Assembly (NCBI GenBank): GCA_963675785.1
Contig: OY776562.1
Span: 128,001-192,000 of the forward strand
DNA: 64,000 nt
Source of the DNA: Anaerolineae bacterium
GTDB taxonomy: Bacteria; Chloroflexota; Anaerolineae; UBA1429
Reading direction: 5' to 3'
Both the position numbers and the translations under genes were made by a program. The notes beneath the pieces were generated by a model that did no database searches, was not told where the DNA came from, and saw only the letters and a list, made by a program, of their open reading frames with translations. Below, one piece after another: positions 21,186 through 31,352 of this stretch (positions within the stretch are counted from its first letter, which is position 1; every line of letters starts with the position of its first letter).

Positions 21186-22091
21186 ATGATGCGCCTGGGC
21201 TTTCCGGGGCGGGTGTATGGGCTTGGTATTGCAGGAACAGACGAAGAATCCGACCTGGGCAAGTGGCTTGCTCATCTCTCCGATCTCGTTCGTTATTTGA
21301 CCAAGCATCAAATACGGCTGTATAGGCCTATTTTCCCCGACTTTTCTTCAGCCGCCGTATATGAGAGCGAATTGCTCGATCAGTCGGCTTTTGTGGCCTT
21401 GCTGGCGCAAGAGATTGCCAACGCGGATATTCGCTTGACAGCGCACATGCCCCTAACTCTTGTGTTGAGTACGGCCGACGATGCACAGGCAGATGCGACC
21501 GCGGACTGGCTCACTTGGGCTTCTCATTTGCTGAGTTTGTTGACACCTGGCAATGATGGTCTTCTGGTTGCCCATTTTGGGGGTATCTATGCAGATAAAG
21601 AGGCCGCGATAGCGGCCTTTTGCAAACGCTATGAGGCGCTTCCAGAAAGAGTGCGCGGCATGTTGTGCTTGGAGAACGATGACCACGGCCTTTCTTTTGC
21701 CGAAGTGATGTGCATCCATCAGCGTGTGGGTGTTCCCATCGTTCTGGACAATCTGCATTTCTGTGTAAACAATCCAGAGAGGATGCCGCTGGCGACAGCC
21801 TTGGAGCAGGCTATGGCAAGTTGGCCCCTTGATAAGGTGCCCAAAGTACACTATTGTGATCCCAGAACTGAGGCACGAGGGTTGGGGCGTGGTCGCGTCA
21901 AGCTGCCGACCTGGACCGAACACAGCGATTTTGTAAATCCTTTTGCACTGATCGATTTTGCGCAACGGCTCGCTAATTTGGGGCCTGTTGATATAATGCT
22001 TGAAGCTAAGGCACGCGATTTAGCCTGGCTCAAGCTGCGGGATGACCTGATGCGTTATGCTCCAGCCCTGAACGGAATGTTTGCGGGATAA
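21186..22091 (+). CDS. uvsE: UV DNA damage repair endonuclease (UvsE/UVDE family)
   Basis: Metal-ligand pattern LTAH, VAHFGG, LENDD, VLDNLH, PKVHY, EHSDF, MLEAK; GGAGGAG RBS. Confidence 0.88.
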   Translation: MMRLGFPGRVYGLGIAGTDEESDLGKWLAHLSDLVRYLTKHQIRLYRPIFPDFSSAAVYESELLDQSAFVALLAQEIANADIRLTAHMPLTLVLSTADDAQADATADWLTWASHLLSLLTPGNDGLLVAHFGGIYADKEAAIAAFCKRYEALPERVRGMLCLENDDHGLSFAEVMCIHQRVGVPIVLDNLHFCVNNPERMPLATALEQAMASWPLDKVPKVHYCDPRTEARGLGRGRVKLPTWTEHSDFVNPFALIDFAQRLANLGPVDIMLEAKARDLAWLKLRDDLMRYAPALNGMFAG

Positions 22092-22119
22092 CTGGCTTTT
22101 ATAGTTGACGCAAGTTTCA

Positions 22120-22149
22120 TTGACAATCATTTTTGGATTATGTTATCAT
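22120..22149 (+). promoter_or_regulatory. Sigma70-type promoter for ftsZ
   Basis: TTGACA-N18-TATCAT with TG extension. Confidence 0.6.
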
Positions 22150-22253
22150 ATCCCATACTTGGTGCTGGCGGACGAGCTGCTGCAGTTTTGTCTACGAGGC
22201 CATGTTGATTCGTAGATGGGTGCGGCAGAGGTATCGTCGGGGAGGAGAAGCAT

Positions 22254-23423
<1,170 letters not shown>

Positions 23424-23438
23424 AAACATCTTCTAAGC

Positions 23439-23477
23439 AAGAGGTCCGCAGTATATACTGCGGACCTCTTTTCTTTT
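23439..23477. terminator. Terminator between ftsZ and the convergent aro operon
   Basis: Perfect 32-bp palindrome AAGAGGTCCGCAGTAT|ATACTGCGGACCTCTT (23439-23470) followed by TTCTTTT. Confidence 0.85.
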
Positions 23478-23905
23478 CATTCGGACAGGGCTTCTAGGGC
23501 CAGTTTGTAGCCAGCCCAACCTAGGCCGCTGATTTGTCCGCGGCACACCGGTGCCGTTACGGAATGATGCCTCATCTCTTCACGCGCATAGATGTTAGAG
23601 AGGTGCACCTCAATGACCGGCACGGGAATGGCGGCGATGGCGTCGCGAATGGCCACACTATAGTGCGTATACCCCCCCGGATTGATAACAATGCCTTCAA
23701 ATTCGTTCGACGTTTGTTGCAACCAGTCGATGATTTCCCCTTCGTGGTTGGATTGACGACATTCCAGCCCGATCCCTCTTTCTCTTGCCCAGTTCAGCAG
23801 GCGCTGGTTGATATCTTCCAAAGTGTCGGCGCCATAGATATCAGGCTCGCGCATGCCCAGCATGTTGAGATTAGGTCCATTGATGACCAGGAATCGCTTG
23901 CTCAT
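23477..23905 (-). CDS. aroQ: Type II 3-dehydroquinate dehydratase
   Basis: NGPNLNMLG.REP.IYG, QSNHEG, INPGGYTH, EVHLSN. Confidence 0.97.
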   Translation of the reverse strand: MSKRFLVINGPNLNMLGMREPDIYGADTLEDINQRLLNWARERGIGLECRQSNHEGEIIDWLQQTSNEFEGIVINPGGYTHYSVAIRDAIAAIPVPVIEVHLSNIYAREEMRHHSVTAPVCRGQISGLGWAGYKLALEALSE

Positions 23906-25476
23906 GCTCTACTCCTCTCGAGCGCTTGCCGAACAACGGCAAGATCGTCGATGCTGTACAGATCTACCTGCCCAATATCATGGGGCAATACCAACCGCAT
24001 TACACCCTTGAGCGTTTTTTTATCGGATTGCATGGCCTGGATGACGGCTTTGATGCTCTCTGCCGGCCAGCGAACGGGCAGGTTATGGCGCTGCAATGTG
24101 TTTTCGATGCGTTGACACGTTTCACTGTTGCATAACCCCATGATCTCAGCGGTGCGGGCTGCTGTCGCCGTGCCCATGCTCACGGCAAAGCCATGGGGCA
24201 GGGTGTAGTTGCTGAGCAGCTCAAAAGCGTGGCCAAAGGTATGGCCCAGATTTAGAACAGCGCGCAGGCCGTGTTCCTGTGGATCTTGCTGCACAATGCG
24301 GATCTTAACTTCCAGGGCACGTTCGACCATCCAACGCAAAGGGGCATCGCCCTGTTCCAGGCGTTCGAACAGCTCGGGGTCATCAATGATGCCAGCTTTG
24401 ATGATCTCGGCGAGGCCGCACTGTACTTGCGTCTCATCCAAAGTGCTGGCTAAGGCGGGATCGATGGCCACCAATCGAGGTGCCATAAAAGCACCTACGA
24501 GGTTCTTGCCGCTAGGCAAGTCCACCGCCACCTTGCCCCCCACGGAAGCGTCAACCATGCCCAATAGGGTGGTGGGCATTTGTATCAAGCCTATGCCGCG
24601 CATATAGGTGCTGGCTGCAAAGCCCGCCATATCGGTGATAACGCCGCCTCCCAGCGCGACGACGGTACTGGAACGATCCAATCCTGCAGCTACAAAACCC
24701 TCGTACAGTTGTGAGAGGGTATCGAGGTTCTTGTGTTGTTCACCGGGCGGTAGAATAAGGCGGTGAACGGGTCTGTCCATAGTCTTGAGCGCGCCCTCAA
24801 CGGCTTTGCCGTAATAATGCCAGACGTTCTCATCACTCACTATCATAACGGCACCTTGTCCACAGTGGGCTTGTAGCAAGCTGGGCAGGTTGGGGGTGAT
24901 GTGATCGGCTATGACAATGGCGTAATCGCCCGCGGTGGAGCTGATATGATAACTGTTCGGTTGGCCTCGCCACATTGAGAGGATCTGCGCAACAATCTCG
25001 TTCTCGCTTCGTTTCGTGGTGTCGATATGCCAGGGGATGCGCGCATAGGCGCTACGCCGTGCGGCTAGGAGTGTGCGAATGCTGGTCAGCGTATCGCCCT
25101 GCTGTAGCAGTGGGCGCGATTCATCGCCCTCCAGTCGCTCGGCCAGCGCCTCTGGCGATGCGTCCAAGCAGATGACCAGCCCCGAGTCCTCGGCAAGGAT
25201 GAGGTTTTCTTCGGAGACAAGAGCCCCGCCGCCAGTGGCGATGACCTGTCCTTGTTCTGCAACAAGATCGCTCAACACCTGTCTCTCGATCTGTCTAAAG
25301 ACAGTCTCGCCATCTTGGGCAAATATCTCACTGATGGTCTTGCTGGCACGCATCTCGATGAGACTGTCCATGTCGGCAAAGGGTCTGCCGAGTTCGTCTG
25401 CCAGCAGCTGGCCAATGCTGCTTTTGCCGGTGCCCATAAAGCCCGTAATGACAATGCTGCGCTTATCGACGATCAT
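23902..25476 (-). CDS. aroKB: Shikimate kinase / 3-dehydroquinate synthase fusion (AroK-AroB)
   Basis: N-terminal GFMGTGKS, ATGGG, RPLL; C-terminal GGGVITD, PTTLL..VDASVGGK, LNLGHTFGHA, HGFAV. Confidence 0.95.
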   Translation of the reverse strand: MIVDKRSIVITGFMGTGKSSIGQLLADELGRPFADMDSLIEMRASKTISEIFAQDGETVFRQIERQVLSDLVAEQGQVIATGGGALVSEENLILAEDSGLVICLDASPEALAERLEGDESRPLLQQGDTLTSIRTLLAARRSAYARIPWHIDTTKRSENEIVAQILSMWRGQPNSYHISSTAGDYAIVIADHITPNLPSLLQAHCGQGAVMIVSDENVWHYYGKAVEGALKTMDRPVHRLILPPGEQHKNLDTLSQLYEGFVAAGLDRSSTVVALGGGVITDMAGFAASTYMRGIGLIQMPTTLLGMVDASVGGKVAVDLPSGKNLVGAFMAPRLVAIDPALASTLDETQVQCGLAEIIKAGIIDDPELFERLEQGDAPLRWMVERALEVKIRIVQQDPQEHGLRAVLNLGHTFGHAFELLSNYTLPHGFAVSMGTATAARTAEIMGLCNSETCQRIENTLQRHNLPVRWPAESIKAVIQAMQSDKKTLKGVMRLVLPHDIGQVDLYSIDDLAVVRQALERSRA

Positions 25477-26581
25477 GTTCGAGTCTTTCTAACAGATCTT
25501 GCATGGTGTCGCCACCAAAACGTTCCAGTAGGACGGCCATTAGCGTCCAGGCAACCATAGCCTCGCCTACGACGGCCGCCGCGGGTACTGCACATACGTC
25601 CGAGCGCTGGTACTGTGTTTCGGCTGCCTCGCCGCTGTTCAGGTCGATGGTGGGTTGATTCTTGATGGTGGTAGGGATGGGTTTCATGGCTGCTCGCACG
25701 ATGATGGGCTCACCATTGCTCATGCCGCCCTCTAGACCGCCTGCACGATTGGTTTTGCGCGTGTAGCCGCCTTTACCATCGGGGTAGAGGGCATCGTGAA
25801 CCTTGGTGCCGGGCAGGCCGGCGTTCTCAAAAGCAGGACCAATCTCGATGCCTTTGACGGCTTGAATGCTCATCATCGCCTGAGCCAGACGAGCGTCCAG
25901 ACGGTCTTCCCAAACGGCATAGGTGCCCAGTCCCACGGGTAAATTCTGAGCGGTTACCACAAAGATGCCTCCCAGTGAATCCCCCGCGGTTTTGGCATTA
26001 TCGATGGCTTGACGCATGTCTGCGGCAGCCCGGGTATCAGGACAAGAGACGTCAGAGTCTAGAGCGGCAGCGATGCGCTCGTCGAGGGACATATGCTCCA
26101 ATGAGGCACAAACGCCACCGATGGATTCGACATAACTGCCGACGGTAATGTCGGCTGCAGCCAGCACCTGAGCGGCGATAGCCCCCACGGCCACACGTGC
26201 AGCAGTCTCACGAGCGCTGGATCTTTCAGCAATGAGCCGTAGGTCGTCGATGGCGTATTTATGGGCTCCAGCCAGATCGGCATGGCCTGGGCGAGGGCGG
26301 CGCCAGACTGGCACTACTTTTTCCTGCCAGTTCTCGTAATCGCGATTAGGCACTACGAGTGCTAACGGTGAACCGATGGTGACACCCTGAACTACACCGC
26401 CAAGGATGCGTACGGTATCGGTCTCGATGCGCTGACGTGCACCGCGGCCATAACCGCCCTGACGTCGCGTGAGCATGGCGTTCATGGCGTCAGTATCAAT
26501 GGTCAAACCGGCGGGCAGCCCTTCGAGGATGGCCGTCAGGCAAGGACCGTGGGATTCACCAGCTGTTGTGAACTTGATCAT
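25463..26581 (-). CDS. aroC: Chorismate synthase
   Basis: TAGESHG, RPGHAD, RSSARETA, GGLEGGMSNG, MKPIPT, RSDVC. Confidence 0.97.
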   Translation of the reverse strand: MIKFTTAGESHGPCLTAILEGLPAGLTIDTDAMNAMLTRRQGGYGRGARQRIETDTVRILGGVVQGVTIGSPLALVVPNRDYENWQEKVVPVWRRPRPGHADLAGAHKYAIDDLRLIAERSSARETAARVAVGAIAAQVLAAADITVGSYVESIGGVCASLEHMSLDERIAAALDSDVSCPDTRAAADMRQAIDNAKTAGDSLGGIFVVTAQNLPVGLGTYAVWEDRLDARLAQAMMSIQAVKGIEIGPAFENAGLPGTKVHDALYPDGKGGYTRKTNRAGGLEGGMSNGEPIIVRAAMKPIPTTIKNQPTIDLNSGEAAETQYQRSDVCAVPAAAVVGEAMVAWTLMAVLLERFGGDTMQDLLERLEHDRR

Positions 26582-27453
26582 TTTGCAGCCTCCATGGCGC
26601 TGCAGCAGGCCTCGTACATCCTCTTTACATTGGGTCGCCGCCCGGTCCATAGCTCAAAGGCGGCAGCTCCCTGATGTACAAGCATACCCAACCCATTGGA
26701 CACCTGAGCACCAACGCTTCTGGCTTGTTGCATCAAGCGGGTCTCGGTAGGATTGTAGACGAGGTCGAACAAAAAAGCCTCTGTTGGGAATGCCAAGTCC
26801 TCTGGCCAGACCGTGGTACCTTCTTTGGGGTGCATACCCATCGAGGTGCAGTGGACTATCAGGTCTACCCCTTTTGAAGCGCTGTCCAGGGTCTCAGTGG
26901 CCAAGGGGATAGCTTCCACAGAGACCTGTGAATTGACACTTCTCATGGTTTCAGCCAGTTCTTCGGCGCGGGCCGTTGTGCGGTTGGCGATGCGCACCTG
27001 GTAGCCCTGACTAAGTAGAGCATAGACAATAGCTCTGCTGGCCCCGCCGGCTCCCAAAACCAGAGCGCGTCTTTTCCCGGGGATATAGCCCGCTTCCAGA
27101 AGCGCTGCCCAGAATCCTTCCGCGTCGGTGTTGTGTCCCAGCAGTCCTTCTGGGCGAATAGCCACGGTATTCACAGCGCCAATAGCTCTGGCGGCGGGTG
27201 TTAGCTCGTCCACCAACGAGAGCAGGGCCTGTTTGTGGGGAATCGTGGCATTAAACCCCTTGATTCCTAGGGCCACCATGCCTTGGACGGCTTCCGGCAA
27301 ATTGTCGGGATGCACGGAAAAGGGCACATAACACCAGTCTATGCCTAGATCAACAAAGGCAGCGTTCTGCATTTGCGGTGAGACACTGTGTTCGATGGGG
27401 TAGCCAATGACAGCGGCAATGTGCGTTCTGCCTCTTGGCCAGAGCTGTTTCAT
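26578..27453 (-). CDS. aroE: Shikimate dehydrogenase
   Basis: HSVSP, NATIPHK, GAVNT, NTD, GAGGA, DLVYNP, GLGMLVHQG. Confidence 0.96.
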   Translation of the reverse strand: MKQLWPRGRTHIAAVIGYPIEHSVSPQMQNAAFVDLGIDWCYVPFSVHPDNLPEAVQGMVALGIKGFNATIPHKQALLSLVDELTPAARAIGAVNTVAIRPEGLLGHNTDAEGFWAALLEAGYIPGKRRALVLGAGGASRAIVYALLSQGYQVRIANRTTARAEELAETMRSVNSQVSVEAIPLATETLDSASKGVDLIVHCTSMGMHPKEGTTVWPEDLAFPTEAFLFDLVYNPTETRLMQQARSVGAQVSNGLGMLVHQGAAAFELWTGRRPNVKRMYEACCSAMEAAK

Positions 27454-28742
27454 ACGTTGATTTCTCCTAGGCGATCGAGGATCTCGCTGAACCCCGGAAA
27501 CGAATCGGGTATACATTCCGCGTCGTGGATGGTGGTTTCGCCGTGAGCGACGAGTCCGGCAATGGCCAGGGTCATTGCCAGGCGATGGTCGCCATAGCTT
27601 TGTACCGTAGCGCCCTGAAGCTGCCCAACACCCTCGATGATGAAACCATCCTCTGTCGGCTGGATTTGTGCACCCAGTGCAGTCAATTCGCGACTGACGG
27701 TATCGATGCGATCAGACTCTTTGTGGCGCAATTCGGCGGCATCGCGCACGATAGTGCTACCCTGGGCACAGGCTGCCGCCAGTGCCAGAACGGGTAATTC
27801 GTCGATCATCCGCGGTACTATGCTACCGCTCACCTCGATGCCGTGTAGCAGAGCGTGCTCTACTACAATATCGCCTACGGGTTCGCCGCCCGCATCGTGA
27901 ATATTCTCTAACGCGATGTGCGCGCCCATAGCATTGAGCACGTCGATGAGGCCAGTACGCGTGGGATTGACCCCCACGCCCTGGATACGGACCTTGCTTC
28001 CCGGCACTAATGTGGCGGCGGCAATAAGATAGCTGGCTGAAGATATATCGCCGGGGATGGTCATATCCATGGAAAGTAAACCTTCGATAGGGCCGCGCAG
28101 GATGTGGTGCAGATTCTCACTTTGCAAGTTCACGCCGCGGGCGCGCAGCATACGCTCGGTGTGGTCTCTGCTCGGGCCCGGTTCGACGACAATGGTCTCC
28201 CCTTTGGCATACAGGCCGGCCAGCAGCAGGCAAGATTTGACCTGGGCACTGGCAACGTTGAGATAGTGCTCGTAACCGCTCAACACTGTTCCTTCGATCT
28301 CAAGAGGCGGTGTGCCTTCGGGTTTGCAGATAATTCGGGCTCCCATGCAGGCCAGAGGTTCGGTGATACGGCGCATGGGGCGTTTTAGCAATTGAGGATC
28401 ACCGTTTAGCACAGAGGTGAATGACTGTGCCGCCAGAACACCCGCCCCCAGGCGCATCGTTGTACCTGAGCGAAGGCAGTTGATCGGCCCTTTAGGGGGG
28501 GTGAGACCGTGCAATCCGCGGCCGTGAACGACGATTTTGCTTCCCTGTTCTTCTACTCGGACACCCAATGCGCCCAGCATGCCCACGGTGGCGCTGCAAT
28601 CGCCCTCCATCAGCATGTGCTCAAGGTGTGAATCGCCAGAGGCCAGTGCAGAGAGCAACAAGGCGCGATGGGATATGGATTTGTCTCCGGGTACCGTTGT
28701 CTCGCCGATCAAAGGGCCGGAAGGGCGGCTAGTCATCTTCAT
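27450..28742 (-). CDS. aroA: EPSP synthase
   Basis: PGDKSISHR, SGTTMR, SAQVKS, RDHTERML, ELRHKESDR, DHRLAM. Confidence 0.97.
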   Translation of the reverse strand: MKMTSRPSGPLIGETTVPGDKSISHRALLLSALASGDSHLEHMLMEGDCSATVGMLGALGVRVEEQGSKIVVHGRGLHGLTPPKGPINCLRSGTTMRLGAGVLAAQSFTSVLNGDPQLLKRPMRRITEPLACMGARIICKPEGTPPLEIEGTVLSGYEHYLNVASAQVKSCLLLAGLYAKGETIVVEPGPSRDHTERMLRARGVNLQSENLHHILRGPIEGLLSMDMTIPGDISSASYLIAAATLVPGSKVRIQGVGVNPTRTGLIDVLNAMGAHIALENIHDAGGEPVGDIVVEHALLHGIEVSGSIVPRMIDELPVLALAAACAQGSTIVRDAAELRHKESDRIDTVSRELTALGAQIQPTEDGFIIEGVGQLQGATVQSYGDHRLAMTLAIAGLVAHGETTIHDAECIPDSFPGFSEILDRLGEINV

Positions 28743-29611
28743 CGGTACAACTCCTGGCGAAGATCACGGGCAGCTTCAAGCTTTTGACGCAGGGCCTCCA
28801 GGTTGTTGCTTTTCAGCGCACCAGATATGCTGGCCAGCACACTGCTGGATTGGTCGAGGCATTCGCCCACATAATCGGCGTTAGTAGCCAGAATGTCCAT
28901 CATCATGGTGACATCACTAGCGGCTATACGGCTGGTATCGCGGAACCCTGAAGAGGCCAACTGCCAGGTCATTTCATCGTCACCACTTGCTGTGTTGGCT
29001 GCGCTAACCAGCGTAGCCGACAGCAAGTAAGGCAGGTGGCTGATAGCGGCCACAATGCGATCGTGTCGATCCGCTTCCATATGCAGCGGTCTGGCGCCGA
29101 TAGTCAGGATAAGTTGTTCAAGAATCGCGCTCTCTCTGTCACTGGTTCGAGCGTTGGACGTCATGACGTAGGTTTTATCAAGGAATAGACCGGGATCCGC
29201 CATGGCAAGGCCCGGCCGTTCTTTGCCGCACATGGGGTGACCGCCAATGGCGCCGATTTCTTTGGGCAGAGCCGACATGGTCTCGCAAATGACCCGCTTG
29301 GTGCTGCCCAGATCCGTAAGTATGGATCCCGGTTTCATCAGGGGGCCATACTTACGGATCTGTTCGATAATAGTGATTACAGGCGTTGCCAGCACTACAA
29401 GGTCGGCTTCGGCCACAGCTTTTTCGGCATCCATGGTGCCTTCATCAATGTAGCGCAGGTCTCGGGCTGTTTCGATGCTCGTTTCTCTGCGAGAGACGCC
29501 AATGACGTGTTTGCAGGCTTTACGCGTCGATAGTGCTGCCGCAAGAGAACCTCCCATAAGCCCGAGACCGATGATTGCTACAGTAAAGTCTCCAAAGTCA
29601 GGCTCCTTCAT
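28739..29611 (-). CDS. tyrA: Prephenate dehydrogenase
   Basis: GLGLMGGS, DLGSTK, GGHPMCGKE, HD...AAISHLP, SGFRDTSRIA. Confidence 0.95.
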   Translation of the reverse strand: MKEPDFGDFTVAIIGLGLMGGSLAAALSTRKACKHVIGVSRRETSIETARDLRYIDEGTMDAEKAVAEADLVVLATPVITIIEQIRKYGPLMKPGSILTDLGSTKRVICETMSALPKEIGAIGGHPMCGKERPGLAMADPGLFLDKTYVMTSNARTSDRESAILEQLILTIGARPLHMEADRHDRIVAAISHLPYLLSATLVSAANTASGDDEMTWQLASSGFRDTSRIAASDVTMMMDILATNADYVGECLDQSSSVLASISGALKSNNLEALRQKLEAARDLRQELYR

Positions 29612-29613
29612 GG

Positions 29614-30630
29614 TCAGGCGACCTCCCGGCCAACCGCGGCGGCGACAGCACGCACGTTATTCATCAGCGTCGAGAACCTTTCGGGTGTGAGTGATTGAGC
29701 GCCGTCTGAGAGAGCATGCTCGGGATCCGGATGCACCTCAATGAGCAATCCATCTGCGCCGACGGCAATGGCTGCCAAAGAGAGCGAAGGCACATAATGC
29801 CAATCGCCAGCGGCATGGCTAGGGTCGACGATGACGGGCAAGTGGCTGAGTTGCTTGAGGACGGGCACTGCCGAGAGATCCAGCGTATTGCGCGTGGCGG
29901 TCTCAAAAGTGCGAATACCCCGCTCACAGAGGATGACCTGGTCGTTACCGCGTGAGAGAATGTACTCGGCCGACATGAGCAATTCTTCGAGTTTGGACAT
30001 CATGCCACGTTTGAGGATGACAGGCTTATCGGTGCTGCCTACGGCGCAGAGCAGATTGTAATTTTGCATATTGCGCGTGCCGATTTGGAAGGCGTCGGTG
30101 TACTTGGCGACGATATCGACTTGCTCAGATGACATTACTTCGGTGACGACGGGCAATTCCGTTGCCAGTCTGGCCTGGGCCAAAAGCTTGAGTCCTTCTT
30201 CACCGAGCCCCTGGAAGCTGTAGGGCGATGTGCGTGGCTTGTAGGCTCCTGCTCGGATAACCGAGGCTCCGGCTTTTTTGACCGCCTGTGCTGCGGCCAT
30301 GATTTGTGATTCGCTCTCGATCGCGCAAGGACCGGCCAGAGCTACGACTTGATTGCCGCCAATAGCCACTGTGCCAATGTGAACGATTGTATTTTGGGGG
30401 TGGAAATCGCGGCTGGCCAACTTGTACTTGGTTAATACGCGTACTGTCTTTTCCACACCCTCCATGAGACTGAAAGCATCATCATCCACCGGACGTTCGT
30501 CACCGATGATACCAATAATTGTACGTTCTTCACCAACAGAGAGATGGGTGTCAAAGCCCAGTGACTTGACGCGTGCGACAACATGATCGACCTGGGCTGT
30601 AGTGGCACTACTTTTCATCACGATGATCAT
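29614..30630 (-). CDS. aroF: DAHP synthase (type I beta, N-terminal ferredoxin-like regulatory domain)
   Basis: [49 protein letters not shown]. Confidence 0.96.
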   Translation of the reverse strand: MIIVMKSSATTAQVDHVVARVKSLGFDTHLSVGEERTIIGIIGDERPVDDDAFSLMEGVEKTVRVLTKYKLASRDFHPQNTIVHIGTVAIGGNQVVALAGPCAIESESQIMAAAQAVKKAGASVIRAGAYKPRTSPYSFQGLGEEGLKLLAQARLATELPVVTEVMSSEQVDIVAKYTDAFQIGTRNMQNYNLLCAVGSTDKPVILKRGMMSKLEELLMSAEYILSRGNDQVILCERGIRTFETATRNTLDLSAVPVLKQLSHLPVIVDPSHAAGDWHYVPSLSLAAIAVGADGLLIEVHPDPEHALSDGAQSLTPERFSTLMNNVRAVAAAVGREVA

Positions 30631-30998
30631 TCCTTCACCTCCTTGAGGTCAGGCCTGAGCTTGGATGCCTCTTTGAGGTAACTATGCTTGATCTCTGATT
30701 GGGCTTTGTCGGTATTCCATAACAAAAGCACGCGGATACAATGTGCAAGGCTTTCCTCCACCGGGATCTCACAGCTGTCCATCAAGGGAACTGTGGTCCA
30801 GCCGAGCATGCGTGCGGCCCGGGCGGGGAATGCTGCCGTCAAATCTGGGGTCACTGTAAACAGTGCTGCTGCCAGATCATCTACGTTAAAGTCATTTGCC
30901 TGCTGCATGGCTACCAATAACTCGCTCGTCGCTTCATAAATGCAATTGGCATCATTGCCGTCAGTGGTGGTGGCCCCTCGAATACCGCGTGTTGTCAT
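30627..30998 (-). CDS. aroH: Chorismate mutase (AroH class)
   Basis: [34 protein letters not shown]. Confidence 0.96.
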   Translation of the reverse strand: MTTRGIRGATTTDGNDANCIYEATSELLVAMQQANDFNVDDLAAALFTVTPDLTAAFPARAARMLGWTTVPLMDSCEIPVEESLAHCIRVLLLWNTDKAQSEIKHSYLKEASKLRPDLKEVKE

Positions 30999-31012
30999 GC
31001 ATTTCTCCTTAC

Positions 31013-31049
31013 AAACAAAAAAAGCGTGAGGCTGTGAGCCTCACGCTTT
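31013..31049 (-). terminator. Attenuator terminator upstream of aroH
   Basis: Minus strand AAAGCGTGAGGCT-CAC-AGCCTCACGCTTT followed by TTTTGTTT, ending just before the aroH RBS (AAGGAG). Confidence 0.9.
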
Positions 31050-31080
31050 GGGTTACTTTTCCCCCTTCTTTGCCTACGCG

Positions 31081-31206
31081 CTAAGCCGCACCTCCCGAGT
31101 TTGGGCTGCTAAAATAGTAATAATAAAAGGCAAAGCGATAATCCGGGCAGCTGTTCTGCTGTCCGCAAAGAAGGTTATTCAATTGGCGATCGTGACTATG
31201 TTGCAT
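31081..31206 (-). CDS. Leader peptide of the aro operon (41 aa, Tyr/Phe-rich)
   Basis: Reads MQHSHDRQLNNLLCGQQNSCPDYRFAFYYYYFSSPNSGGAA*; GAGGAG 10 nt before ATG; lies between promoter and terminator. Below the ORF-track length cutoff. Confidence 0.88.
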   Translation of the reverse strand: MQHSHDRQLNNLLCGQQNSCPDYRFAFYYYYFSSPNSGGAA

Positions 31207-31236
31207 AAAAAGACCGCTCCTCATGAATATGAGCCT

Positions 31237-31265
31237 AGACTAACACGTGAACCAGAGAGTGTCAA
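31237..31265 (-). promoter_or_regulatory. Sigma70-type promoter of the aro leader/operon
   Basis: Minus strand TTGACA-N17-TAGTCT with TG extension. Confidence 0.7.
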
Positions 31266-31352
31266 GTGGCAATTCCAGCACGTTTATCCCGCCAAAACTT
31301 TGTGTTATACTTGCCAGCGCACCGGCTAGTCAGTCCGATTCTGGAGACGCCC

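Noticed and set aside
23439-23470. Perfect 32-bp palindrome as a mobile-element end or REP/CRISPR unit
   Set aside because: Single copy, located between convergent genes with a U-tract; a terminator is sufficient.
23902-25476. AroK-AroB fusion as a novelty
   Set aside because: Such fusions are known in several bacterial lineages; recorded as a feature only.
31013-31240. T-box riboswitch as the aro operon regulator
   Set aside because: No UGGNACC T-box antiterminator bulge is seen; a translated Y/F-rich leader explains the region better.
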